NCBI RefSeq assembly: GCF_000008665.1
Contig: NC_000917.1
Coordinates: 990,001-1,022,000, forward strand
From: Archaeoglobus fulgidus DSM 4304
Lineage (GTDB): Archaea > Halobacteriota > Archaeoglobi > Archaeoglobales > Archaeoglobaceae
Length of the DNA: 32,000 nucleotides
Reading direction: 5' to 3'
Shown here one piece after another: positions 10,242-18,561 of this stretch (positions within the stretch are counted from its first letter, which is position 1; the number at the start of each line of letters is the position of its first letter). The notes under the pieces were generated by a model. The model worked only from the letters and a program-made list of their open reading frames with translations. It had not been told where the DNA came from and made no database searches. A program made the translations under genes and the position numbers.

Positions 10242-10320
10242 ATTACGCCTCTATTACCATTTTTAGTAAAAAATTCCACTTTTGTTGAAATCTGCAAGGC
10301 AATGCCTACACTAATAAGAA

Positions 10321-10334
10321 ACACTTAAATAATA
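10321..10334 (+). promoter_or_regulatory. probable archaeal BRE/TATA-like box for 10353 gene
   Basis: ACACTTAAATAATA centred about 25 nt upstream of the ATG at 10353. Confidence 0.45.
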
Positions 10335-10352
10335 TCATTATCAAACTGGATT

Positions 10353-12305
10353 ATGAAGGTTCTTGTGGTCGGTGCGGGCACGATGGGGCACGGAATTGCT
10401 GAAGTTTGTGCCCTTGCTGGAAATGAGGTAATTCTCTGCGACATAAACGAGAACATTTTGAAAAATGCGCTCTCAAGGATAGAGTGGAGCGTCAGAAAGC
10501 TTGAACAAAAGGGAAGGATAAAAGGGGCAGATGATGTGCTGAAGAGGCTGAAAACCACAACGGATTTGGTTGAAGCTGCTAAAGAGGCTGATTTCGTCAT
10601 AGAGGCTGTTGTCGAGAAGACCGAAGTGAAGCATGAGGTCTTCAAAACTCTTGATGAGAACTGCAGGGATGACGTCATTCTCGCCACGAACACCTCCACC
10701 ATTCCAATAACAGACATAGCGATGGCAACAAAGAGAAAGGACAAGGTTGTGGGGCTGCACTTCTTCAACCCTCCAACTCTGATAAGGCTGGTTGAAATAA
10801 TAAGGGGGAGAGACACGAGCGATGAAACTGTAAGGAAAACCGTTGAGTTTGCCAAATCAATTGGAATGGACTACGTTCTCGTTGAGAGGGACGTTCCCGG
10901 GTTTTTGATTAACAGGATAAACATAAGGGTTTTCGTGGAGGCGATAAGGCTGCTTGAGGAGGGTTTTAAACCTGAGCAGATTGATGCAGCCGTTAAATAC
11001 AGAGCAGGGCTGCCTATGGGCCTCTTCGAGGTTGTTGACTTCAGCGGAGTTGATACGGTTTACAATGTCCTCAATGAAGTGAGGAAGAGGGGCTTTGAGG
11101 TGGAGGTGCCTGGACTGCTCGAGAGAATGGTTTTAGAGGGCAGGCTGGGGATGAAGACTGGCAAAGGCTTCTATGAGTACAGTGGCTTTTACACGAGGGC
11201 TAAAATCTCAAAAGACCTTGCATACAGCGTCAACCCGATAAATCTGCTGGCTCCGGGGATTAACGAGGCTGCGTGGCTGATAAGAAACGGAATCGCAACG
11301 AAAGAAGACATAGACAAGGCAACGGTGAAGGGAATGGGCTATCCGAAGGGCATTCTGGACTTTGCCGACAGCTATGGCATAGACAGGGTTGTTTCGGTGC
11401 TGGAAACGAGGAAGGGGAAGACGGGACTGAAGGAGTACGAGCCGGATGAGCTGCTGAAAGAGCTTAAGGAGAATGGAAAGCTCGGAAAGAAGACCGGAGA
11501 GGGTTTTTACAAGTGGAACTACGAACTTGAGGATATCGGGCCAGTAAGGTATGAGAAGAGGCACAACTATGCAGTTATAACCATGAGAAGGGCTGAGAAG
11601 CTGAATGCCTTAAACGAGGAGATGTGGGTTGGTTTGACAAAGGCTTTCAGGAAGGCGAGGCTTGACAGGGATGTTAGGGCTGTAATCATAACTGGAGAGG
11701 GGAGAGCCTTCTGCGCTGGAGACGACATAGCTGTAATGGGCTCTTGGAAAAGCTTCAGGGATGGCGTTGAGTTCTTCGAGAACATTGCCATGCCCCTCGT
11801 TTCGGAGCTTGCTGACTACGACAAGCCCATAATATCTCTTGTGAACGGAAATGCGTTCGGTGGAGGGATGGAGCTCAACATGTTCTTTGACATCGTTATA
11901 GCCAGCGAAGATGCAAGCTTTGCCGTTCCTGAGGGGCTGATTGGAGCTATCCCGCCTATCGCCTCATCCTTCGGATACGCCCTTTTCGGCAGGAGGATGG
12001 CCTACTACGCCCTAACTGGAGAGACGATGGATGCTAAAGAAGCTAAGGAGTTCGGGCTGGTTGATTTAGTTGTGCCGAAGCACTGCTTGGAGGATGCGGG
12101 GATAGAGCACGTTGATAAGGTTTGCAGAGTTGCTCCCTTAGCGGCGCAGTCGATAAAGAGGTCGATGAATGCTGTAAGGCAGCTTTTCAGGAACGCCTTA
12201 GAGCTTGCTGGAAAGGAGATTGAGCTTCTAATCCCAACTGAGGACTTTGCTGAGGGAATGGCGGCCTTTGTTCAGAAAAGGCGACCTCAGTGGAAGGGCA
12301 GGTAA
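10353..12305 (+). CDS. bifunctional 3-hydroxyacyl-CoA dehydrogenase / enoyl-CoA hydratase
   Basis: N-terminal VVGAGTMGHGIAEVCALAG...FFNPPTLIRLVEII (HCDH); C-terminal crotonase domain AGRAFCAGDDIAVMGSW-type and NGNAFGGGMELNMFFDIVIASEDASFAVPE. Confidence 0.95.
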   Translation: MKVLVVGAGTMGHGIAEVCALAGNEVILCDINENILKNALSRIEWSVRKLEQKGRIKGADDVLKRLKTTTDLVEAAKEADFVIEAVVEKTEVKHEVFKTLDENCRDDVILATNTSTIPITDIAMATKRKDKVVGLHFFNPPTLIRLVEIIRGRDTSDETVRKTVEFAKSIGMDYVLVERDVPGFLINRINIRVFVEAIRLLEEGFKPEQIDAAVKYRAGLPMGLFEVVDFSGVDTVYNVLNEVRKRGFEVEVPGLLERMVLEGRLGMKTGKGFYEYSGFYTRAKISKDLAYSVNPINLLAPGINEAAWLIRNGIATKEDIDKATVKGMGYPKGILDFADSYGIDRVVSVLETRKGKTGLKEYEPDELLKELKENGKLGKKTGEGFYKWNYELEDIGPVRYEKRHNYAVITMRRAEKLNALNEEMWVGLTKAFRKARLDRDVRAVIITGEGRAFCAGDDIAVMGSWKSFRDGVEFFENIAMPLVSELADYDKPIISLVNGNAFGGGMELNMFFDIVIASEDASFAVPEGLIGAIPPIASSFGYALFGRRMAYYALTGETMDAKEAKEFGLVDLVVPKHCLEDAGIEHVDKVCRVAPLAAQSIKRSMNAVRQLFRNALELAGKEIELLIPTEDFAEGMAAFVQKRRPQWKGR

Positions 12306-12376
12306 TTTGTATTTTTTATCCAAATAATTTTTTGTGTTTTACTTCTCAAAGATGTAGGAAAATTTGATTACAGGGG

Positions 12377-12598
12377 GTGAATTTGAAAAACATCAAAATG
12401 CCCGTTCTCGTTCTTGCTGCAGAGAAGGACCACATAACTCCACCAGAGTCCGTTACAGCCTTCTTTGAGAAGATTCCGTCTAAGGACAAAAAGTTGCTTC
12501 TGTCTGATAAAGGGCATATCGGTCTAACTGTCAGCGGAAGCTCGCACAGAAAAATCTGGCCGGAAGCTATAAAATGGGTGGTGGAGAGGTCAAAATGA
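12377..12598 (+). CDS. short orphan C-terminal segment of a PhaC-like alpha/beta hydrolase
   Basis: GTG start after AGGGGG. MPVLVLAAEKDHITPPESVTAFFEKIPSKDKKLLLSDKGHIGLTVSGSSHRKIWPEAIKWVVE carries the Asp and His regions of class III PHA synthases, without the nucleophile region. Confidence 0.6.
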   Translation: MNLKNIKMPVLVLAAEKDHITPPESVTAFFEKIPSKDKKLLLSDKGHIGLTVSGSSHRKIWPEAIKWVVERSK

Positions 12599-13053
12599 TG
12601 AGCCTTCTGGAAGAGATGAAGGGAATCTACTCCAAGAAAGGAGGGAAGGTTAAGCCTTTTGAGAAGTTTGAAGGTGAGTTGAAGGAAGGATACAGGTTTG
12701 AGTATGAAAAGAAGCTCTGCGAAATTGACGTGGCGATGTTCGGCTTAATCTCTGGTGACCTGAATCCTGTGCACTTTGATGAGGACTTTGCCTCAAAAAC
12801 GAGATTTGGAGGCAGAGTCGTGCACGGAATGCTGACAACAAGCCTCGTTTCTGCCGCTGTTGCAAGGCTTCCCGGCACTGTGGTGCTGCTTGAACAATCT
12901 TTCCGCTACACCTCCCCCGTAAGAATTGGAGACGTTGTGAGGGTTGAGGGAGTGGTTAGCGGTGTGGAGAAAAACCGCTACACAATCGACGTCAAGTGCT
13001 ATACAGGCGATAAAGTTGTTGCAGAGGGCGTGGTTAAGGTGCTCATCTGGTAA
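12595..13053 (+). CDS. MaoC-like (R)-specific enoyl-CoA hydratase (PhaJ-like)
   Basis: ISGDLNPVHFDEDFASKTRFGGRVVHGMLTTSLVSAAVARLPGTVVLLEQSFRYTSPVRIGDVV; ORF track starts at 12574 but ATG 12595/12598 overlaps upstream stop. Confidence 0.88.
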   Translation: MMSLLEEMKGIYSKKGGKVKPFEKFEGELKEGYRFEYEKKLCEIDVAMFGLISGDLNPVHFDEDFASKTRFGGRVVHGMLTTSLVSAAVARLPGTVVLLEQSFRYTSPVRIGDVVRVEGVVSGVEKNRYTIDVKCYTGDKVVAEGVVKVLIW

Positions 13054-13054
13054 G

Positions 13055-13139
13055 CGCCGGGGGTGGGATTCGAACCCACGCGCCCTTTCGGGCAGGAGAT
13101 CTCGAGTCTCCCGCAGTGGCCTGGCTCTGCAACCCCGGC
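13055..13139 (-). tRNA. tRNA-Ser (anticodon CGA)
   Basis: Reverse strand GCCGGGG...CCCCGGC acceptor, GCAG/CTGC D-stem, GGAGA-CTCGAGA-TCTCC anticodon arm, long variable arm GCCCGAAAGGGC, GTGGG-TTCGAAT-CCCAC T-arm, discriminator G. Confidence 0.95.
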
Positions 13140-13214
13140 TTAGCCTTAGTTGGCGAATGAGATAATAAGCTTTCCTTCGAAAACTATTTTTGAAGGTTGC
13201 CGCTAAGGTTGAGG

Positions 13215-14348
13215 ATGATCAGTCTGAGCAAGCTTATTGCGGGAGAAGCGACGGTTTCAAGGCAGATAACCTACGGAGGGGATTCCAGCTTCATTCCTGA
13301 AAAGCTCAAGCAGTTTGCCTCATCCCTCCGCCCCATTGTCGTCTGGAATGTTACGAACAGATGCAACTTGCGATGCCTTCACTGCTACGCATCCGCCAAT
13401 TCCGATTTTTCGGAGTTAACGACAGAGCAGTGCTTCCAGATTGTGGACTCCCTTGCCGAGTTTAAAGTCCCGCTAATCCTCTTCAGCGGTGGTGAACCCC
13501 TTTTAAGGGAAGATATCTTCGAAATTGCTGGTTACGCTAAAAAGAAGGGGATAAAGAGTGTTCTGTCCACCAACGGAACTCTCATTGACAGAGATATGGC
13601 AGAAAATCTTAAGGTTTTTGAGTACGTTGGAGTTAGCCTCGATGGCGTTGCTTCAACCAATGACAGGTTCAGGGGAGTCGAGGGGGCCTACGAAAGGGCA
13701 TTTAAGGGACTGCTAATGGCCTCAGAAGTTGTTTTATCTGGAATAAGGTTCACCGTGAGCAAATACAACTACAAAGATGTTTTTTCTCTCATCGAGCTGG
13801 CGAGGGAGCACGAAATTCCGAGATTCTGCCTCTACCACCTCGTCCCATCCGGCAGAGCGGAGTTCAAGGACGACATCACCAACGAGCAGAGAAGGGCTCT
13901 CCTCGATAACCTTCTCAGGGAGGCTGAGAAAGAGGGAATGGAGATTATGACGGTGGACAATCCCGCGGATGGAATCTACACCTACCTGAAGCTGAAAGAG
14001 GCTGATTCTGAAAAGGCAGAGATGGCTCTTGAGTTCTTGAAGTTCAGAGGCGGAGACAGCAGCGGAATAAGGCTCGCAAACATCGACCATCAGGGCAATG
14101 TTCACCCCAACCAGTTCTGGTGGGACTACACTGTCGGAAATGTCTTGGAGAGGAGCTTCGAGGAAATATGGATGGGTGAGGACGAGTTGCTGAAAAAGCT
14201 TAGGGAGAAAACCAAGTATCTCAGGGATAAATGCGGGAAGTGTCACTTTAAGGAAATATGTGGAGGGTTCAGAGTTAGAGCTTACCGCTACGGCGATTTG
14301 TGGGGTGCTGACCCCAGCTGCTATTTGACGGATGATGAGATACAGTAA
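13215..14348 (+). CDS. radical SAM protein of the NirJ/AhbC-type heme biosynthesis group
   Basis: VVWNVTNRCNLRCLHCYASA CxxxCxxC, LLFSGGEPLLREDIF, C-terminal CGKCHFKEICGGFRVRAYRYGDLWGADPSC. ATG at 13215 preferred over the track start 13197 (TTG). Confidence 0.8.
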   Translation: MISLSKLIAGEATVSRQITYGGDSSFIPEKLKQFASSLRPIVVWNVTNRCNLRCLHCYASANSDFSELTTEQCFQIVDSLAEFKVPLILFSGGEPLLREDIFEIAGYAKKKGIKSVLSTNGTLIDRDMAENLKVFEYVGVSLDGVASTNDRFRGVEGAYERAFKGLLMASEVVLSGIRFTVSKYNYKDVFSLIELAREHEIPRFCLYHLVPSGRAEFKDDITNEQRRALLDNLLREAEKEGMEIMTVDNPADGIYTYLKLKEADSEKAEMALEFLKFRGGDSSGIRLANIDHQGNVHPNQFWWDYTVGNVLERSFEEIWMGEDELLKKLREKTKYLRDKCGKCHFKEICGGFRVRAYRYGDLWGADPSCYLTDDEIQ

Positions 14349-14767
14349 TTAACTGCCTCTTCCGGAGTCTCAAAAACCCTCATCCCCTCAATCACGACAG
14401 GAGGCTTGAGAGAGGCGACCCTCTTCCCCTCCTTGAGTGCAATGGCTATCTCCGAAATTGTTCCGTAACCACCGCCCACAGAAATCAAAGCGTCGCTGGA
14501 GTGGACGATTATTACGTTTCTTGCATGTCCCATGTCCGTCGCAATCCTGATGTCGGCAAAATCGTTGCAGAGATCTTTTTTCCTCGGCAGAATGGCAACA
14601 ACCAGCCCACCCTTGCTTTTCGCCCCCTTGGCACTGGCCTCCATCACCCCTCCGAGGCCCCCGTTTATCAGCACGTGCCCTTTCTCGGCAATAAGCTCCC
14701 CAACTCTGTACGCAATTCTGTAAGTCTCCTCATCGCACTCTCCCGCTCCTATAACCCCAATCTGCAT
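14321..14767 (-). CDS. TIGR00725/LOG-like Rossmann-fold nucleotide-binding protein
   Basis: VLINGGLGGVMEASAKGA...GHARNVIIVHSSDALISVGGGYGTISEIAIALKEGKRV; ATG at 14767 is a likelier start than 14776. Confidence 0.82.
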   Translation of the reverse strand: MQIGVIGAGECDEETYRIAYRVGELIAEKGHVLINGGLGGVMEASAKGAKSKGGLVVAILPRKKDLCNDFADIRIATDMGHARNVIIVHSSDALISVGGGYGTISEIAIALKEGKRVASLKPPVVIEGMRVFETPEEAVNYCISSSVK

Positions 14768-14834
14768 TAGCTTCACCTCATATCGAAATCGTTTTTAGCC
14801 TTCCGCGGAAGGAACATTAAAAATTAACATGCGG

Positions 14835-14849
14835 CAAAGATTTAAATTA
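14835..14849 (+). promoter_or_regulatory. probable BRE/TATA box of the rpL18e operon
   Basis: CAAAGATTTAAATTA about 45 nt upstream of ATG 14890. Confidence 0.5.
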
Positions 14850-14889
14850 CGTAATGTAACGGTCAAAACTACGCTGAGGTGTAGTTGAT

Positions 14890-15268
14890 ATGAGCAAGAT
14901 AAGGAAGCTGGCAGAGGAGGAAGTCAAATCCAAACCTCGTTACTCTCATCGATGTACTGCTGAGCGAGTCAGCAAAAAATGAGGCGCCAGTGTGGAAAGA
15001 GGTTGCAGAGAGGTTGGCGAAGCCGAGGAGGTTGCAGGCGGAGGTAAACGTATCGAAGATTGAGAAGTATGCAAAGCCCAACGAGTATGTTGTGGTTCCG
15101 GGGAAAGTTCTTGGTTCAGGGAGCATCACAAAGCCAGTAAAGGTTGCAGCGCTCAGCTTCTCGGAGAAGGCGGCAAGCAAAATCAGGGAGGCTGGCGGAG
15201 TTTGCATGAAAATCGAGGAGCTTTTGAAGGAGAATCCGAAGGGTAGCGGAGTGAGGCTGATGGTCTGA
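14890..15268 (+). CDS. rpl18e: 50S ribosomal protein L18e with apparent +1 frame disruption near the N-terminus
   Basis: ATG 14890 gives MSKIRKLAEEEVK in one frame; NPNLVTLIDVLLSESAKNEAPVWKEVAERLAKPRRLQAEVNVSKI... continues in the next frame to 15268. ORF track only captures 14990 onward. Confidence 0.85.
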
Positions 15269-15278
15269 GGTGGTTGGA

Positions 15279-15749
15279 ATGGCGGTAAACGTTAGCAGGG
15301 TTATCAAGACTCTTGGAGACGACTTCACAGTTATTGATGCTTCAGGCCACATTCTCGGAAGGCTGTCAAGCAAAATTGCAAAGAGACTGCTCAACGGCGA
15401 GAGAATCGTTGTTGTTAACGCAGAGAAGGCGGTGATTACGGGGGACAAGTACATGGTCTTCGAGAGGTACAAGGAGAAGTACGACAGGGGAAGCAAGGAG
15501 AAGGGGCCTTACTTCCCGAGGCATCCCGAGAGAATATTCAAGAGAACCGTCAGGGGAATGCTCCCATGGAAGAGCTCAAGGGGAAGAGATGCCTACAGAA
15601 GGCTCAGAGTTTTCATGGGCGTTCCGGAGGAGCTTCAGGGCAGGGAGTTTGAGAAAATCGAGGACGCACTTCTGGAGAAAGTTTCAAAAACAGACAAGTA
15701 CGTTACTCTTGCAGAGGTAAGCAGGTATCTCGGTTTCAGAGGTGTCTGA
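15279..15749 (+). CDS. rpl13: 50S ribosomal protein L13
   Basis: [38 protein letters not shown]...[31 protein letters not shown] 15279 preferred over GTG 15270. Confidence 0.95.
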   Translation: MAVNVSRVIKTLGDDFTVIDASGHILGRLSSKIAKRLLNGERIVVVNAEKAVITGDKYMVFERYKEKYDRGSKEKGPYFPRHPERIFKRTVRGMLPWKSSRGRDAYRRLRVFMGVPEELQGREFEKIEDALLEKVSKTDKYVTLAEVSRYLGFRGV

Positions 15750-15750
15750 G

Positions 15751-16149
15751 ATGAAGATTGTTGTAACGAGCGGTAAAAGAAAAACGGCAACTGCAAGGGC
15801 TGTTATAAAGCCGGGCAAGGGCAGAGTGAGGATAAACAGCGTTCCGGTTGAGATACACCAGCCCGAGCTTGCAAGGATGAAGATAATGGAGCCCCTCATC
15901 ATCGCCAAGGAGCTTGCAGAGAAGGTTGACATTGAGGTCAAAACTTGGGGAGGGGGGTTCATGGCTCAGGCGGAGGCCGCAAGAACTGCCATTGCCAGAG
16001 CGCTCCTTGAGTTCAGCGGAGATGAGGAGCTGAGAAAGGCTTTCTTAGAGTATGACAGAACCCTCCTGGTTAACGACGTGAGGAGGAAGCTTCCAAAGAT
16101 TCAGGGAGGTAGGGGAGCGAGAGCAAGGAGACAGACATCCTACAGGTGA
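15751..16149 (+). CDS. rps9: 30S ribosomal protein S9
   Basis: [31 protein letters not shown]...[19 protein letters not shown]...[25 protein letters not shown] track start is 15742. Confidence 0.95.
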   Translation: MKIVVTSGKRKTATARAVIKPGKGRVRINSVPVEIHQPELARMKIMEPLIIAKELAEKVDIEVKTWGGGFMAQAEAARTAIARALLEFSGDEELRKAFLEYDRTLLVNDVRRKLPKIQGGRGARARRQTSYR

Positions 16150-16385
16150 ACACAATGGACGTACCGAGAAACGAGAATTCCAGCGATTTCCCAATTCGCT
16201 GTTTTTCTTGCGGGGCGGTTATAGGCCACCTATACGATGAGTACAAGCAGAAGCTCAGCGAGGGCAAGAGTCCAAAAGAGGCTTTGGACGAACTCGGAAT
16301 CGAGAGGTACTGCTGCAGGAGAATGTTCATAACTCACAAGTCTGTAATTAAGGAGCTATCCCGCTTTCATGGGGCCGTGGGGTAG
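16146..16385 (+). CDS. rpoN: DNA-directed RNA polymerase subunit Rpo10 (RpoN)
   Basis: [25 protein letters not shown]...[19 protein letters not shown]; start GTG 16146 or ATG 16155. Confidence 0.92.
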   Translation: MNTMDVPRNENSSDFPIRCFSCGAVIGHLYDEYKQKLSEGKSPKEALDELGIERYCCRRMFITHKSVIKELSRFHGAVG

Positions 16386-16444
16386 CCTGGTGATCCTGCG
16401 GCGTTCGGGACGCCGTGACCCGAGTTCAAATCTCGGCGGCCCCA
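16371..16444 (+). tRNA. tRNA-Pro (anticodon CGG)
   Basis: GGGGCCG/CGGCCCC acceptor, CGGCG-TTCGGGA-CGCCG anticodon arm, CCGAG-TTCAAAT-CTCGG T-arm, discriminator A. Confidence 0.94.
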
Positions 16445-16457
16445 TCTGCTTTAAGGG

Positions 16458-16688
16458 GTGATGGGCATTAAAGTAAAGTTCCCGTTCGAATATACGAGAT
16501 TTGAAAAGGCCAGGATTATTGGAGCGAGAGCATTGCAGATTGCAATGGGAGCTCCTGTCTTAATTGAGACTGATAAAACTGAACCCCTCGAAATAGCCCT
16601 TGAAGAGTTCAACAGGGGCGTAATTCCAATTACCGTCAGGAGGAGGAGAAATGAATTTGTATGGCTTGAAAGATACGACCTTTTCTGA
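16458..16688 (+). CDS. rpoK: DNA-directed RNA polymerase subunit Rpo6 (RpoK)
   Basis: [26 protein letters not shown]...[20 protein letters not shown]. Confidence 0.94.
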   Translation: MMGIKVKFPFEYTRFEKARIIGARALQIAMGAPVLIETDKTEPLEIALEEFNRGVIPITVRRRRNEFVWLERYDLF

Positions 16689-16697
16689 GGTGGTAGC

Positions 16698-17897
16698 TTG
16701 ATAATTGAGGACGTTCACTACAGAGTCGTTTTCGACAGCAGGGGAAACGAGACGGTTGAGTGTGAAGTCGTTGCTGGGGAGGTTGTTGCGAAGGCGATGG
16801 CTCCGAGCGGAGCCTCTACTGGCAGTGGAGAGGCTGTAGTAGTCAGCCCCTACAGATACGAGGAGATTGAGGAGGAAGTTTCAAAGGCGATTATCGGAAT
16901 GAGCGTCTTTGATCAGGAGAGCGTTGATGAGGCATTGAGAGAGCTTGACGGAACCGATAACTTTTCCAGAATTGGTGGCAATTTCGCCATAACCGCAAGC
17001 CTTGCAGTTGCTAAAGCAGCTGCGGAAATTCTCGGCCTTCCGCTTTACGCTTACGTTGGTGGAGTTTTTGCAAAGGAGCTTCCCTACCCCTTGGGCAATG
17101 TCATAGGTGGTGGGAGACACGCAGAAGGCTCCACAAGCATTCAGGAGTTTCTGGTAATTCCAGTTGGGGCAAAAACCTTTTTTGAGGCTCAGAGAGCAAA
17201 CGCCGCCGTACACAAGCAGCTTAAGAAGATTTTCAAAGAAAGGGGAATTTTCGCTGCCAAAGGCGATGAGGGGGCTTGGGCTGCACAGATAAGTGACGAG
17301 CAGGCCTTCGAGATTCTCAGCGAGGCCATCCAGAGAGTTGAGGACGAGCTGGGAGTGAAGGTCAGGATGGGGATTGACGTTGCGGCAACTGAGCTATGGG
17401 ATGGTGAGAGGTACGTTTACTCCGACAGAAAGCTAACTACAGAGGAGCAGATTGCCTACATGGCGGAGCTTGCTGACAGGTACGACTTGCTCTATATCGA
17501 AGACCCCCTCCACGAGAAGGACTTTGAGGGGTTTGCGGAGCTGACGAAGCAGGTAAAGTGCATGGTCTGCGGGGATGACATCTTCGTAACCAACCCCGAA
17601 ATCATAAAGAAGGGCATTGAGGTTGGTGCAGCAAACACAGTCTTAATAAAACCTAACCAGAACGGGACTCTGAGCGGGACGGCAAAGGCGGTGAAAATTG
17701 CGAAGGATAACGGATACAGCGTTGTTGTGAGCCACAGAAGCGGAGAAACGGAGGATGAGACTTTAGCACATCTCGCCGTTGCTTTCAACGCAAAGTTAAT
17801 AAAGACCGGAGTGGTTGGGGGAGAGAGAATATCCAAGCTCAACGAGCTCATCAGGATTGAAGAATTGATGGACAAACCGAGAATGGTGATGATATGA
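16698..17897 (+). CDS. eno: enolase
   Basis: [63 protein letters not shown]; TTG start. Confidence 0.97.
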
Positions 17898-18487
17898 TGG
17901 AGAAGGAGTACGAGTATCTGGTTCCGCCGGATGATTACCTCGCAGCGGGAGTGCACATAGGGACCCAAATCAAAACGGGCGACATGAAGAAGTTCATCTT
18001 CAAGGTAAGGCAGGATGGGCTTTACGTTCTGGACATCAGAAAGCTGGACGAGAGAATCAGAGTTGCCGCAAAGTTCCTTTCGAGGTATGAGCCTTCAAAG
18101 ATTCTGCTGGTTGCGGCGAGACAGTACGCTCACAAGCCCGTTCAAATGTTCTCAAAGGTGGTTGGAAGCGATTACATCGTGGGGAGGTTTATTCCTGGAA
18201 CTCTGACAAATCCAATGCTCTCCGAGTACAGGGAGCCTGAGGTCGTTTTCGTCAATGATCCCGCCATTGACAAGCAGGCCGTGAGCGAGGCCACTGCTGT
18301 CGGCATTCCAGTCGTTGCCCTCTGCGACTCCAACAACTCCTCCGCTGACGTTGACCTTGTCATACCCACAAACAACAAGGGCAGAAGGGCTCTGGCCATT
18401 GTTTACTGGCTCCTCGCAAGGGAGATTGCGAAAATCAGGGGGCAGGACTTCACCTACAGCATTGAGGACTTCGAGGCCGAGCTTTAA
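17894..18487 (+). CDS. rps2: 30S ribosomal protein S2
   Basis: [41 protein letters not shown]...[32 protein letters not shown]. Confidence 0.96.
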
Positions 18488-18561
18488 GTTTATTTTTTGT
18501 TATCCTAATTATCACCATTAATTTGTAGAAAATTATATAATTATCTTAGGTTACAGACTGC

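Noticed and set aside
13055-13139. Possible tRNA-Leu because of the long variable arm
   Set aside because: The anticodon loop CTCGAGA gives CGA, which is Ser; discriminator G is consistent with Ser.
15116-15496. 126-aa reverse ORF
   Set aside because: Antisense to rpL18e and rpL13.
17492-17968. 158-aa reverse ORF
   Set aside because: Antisense to enolase and rpS2 start.
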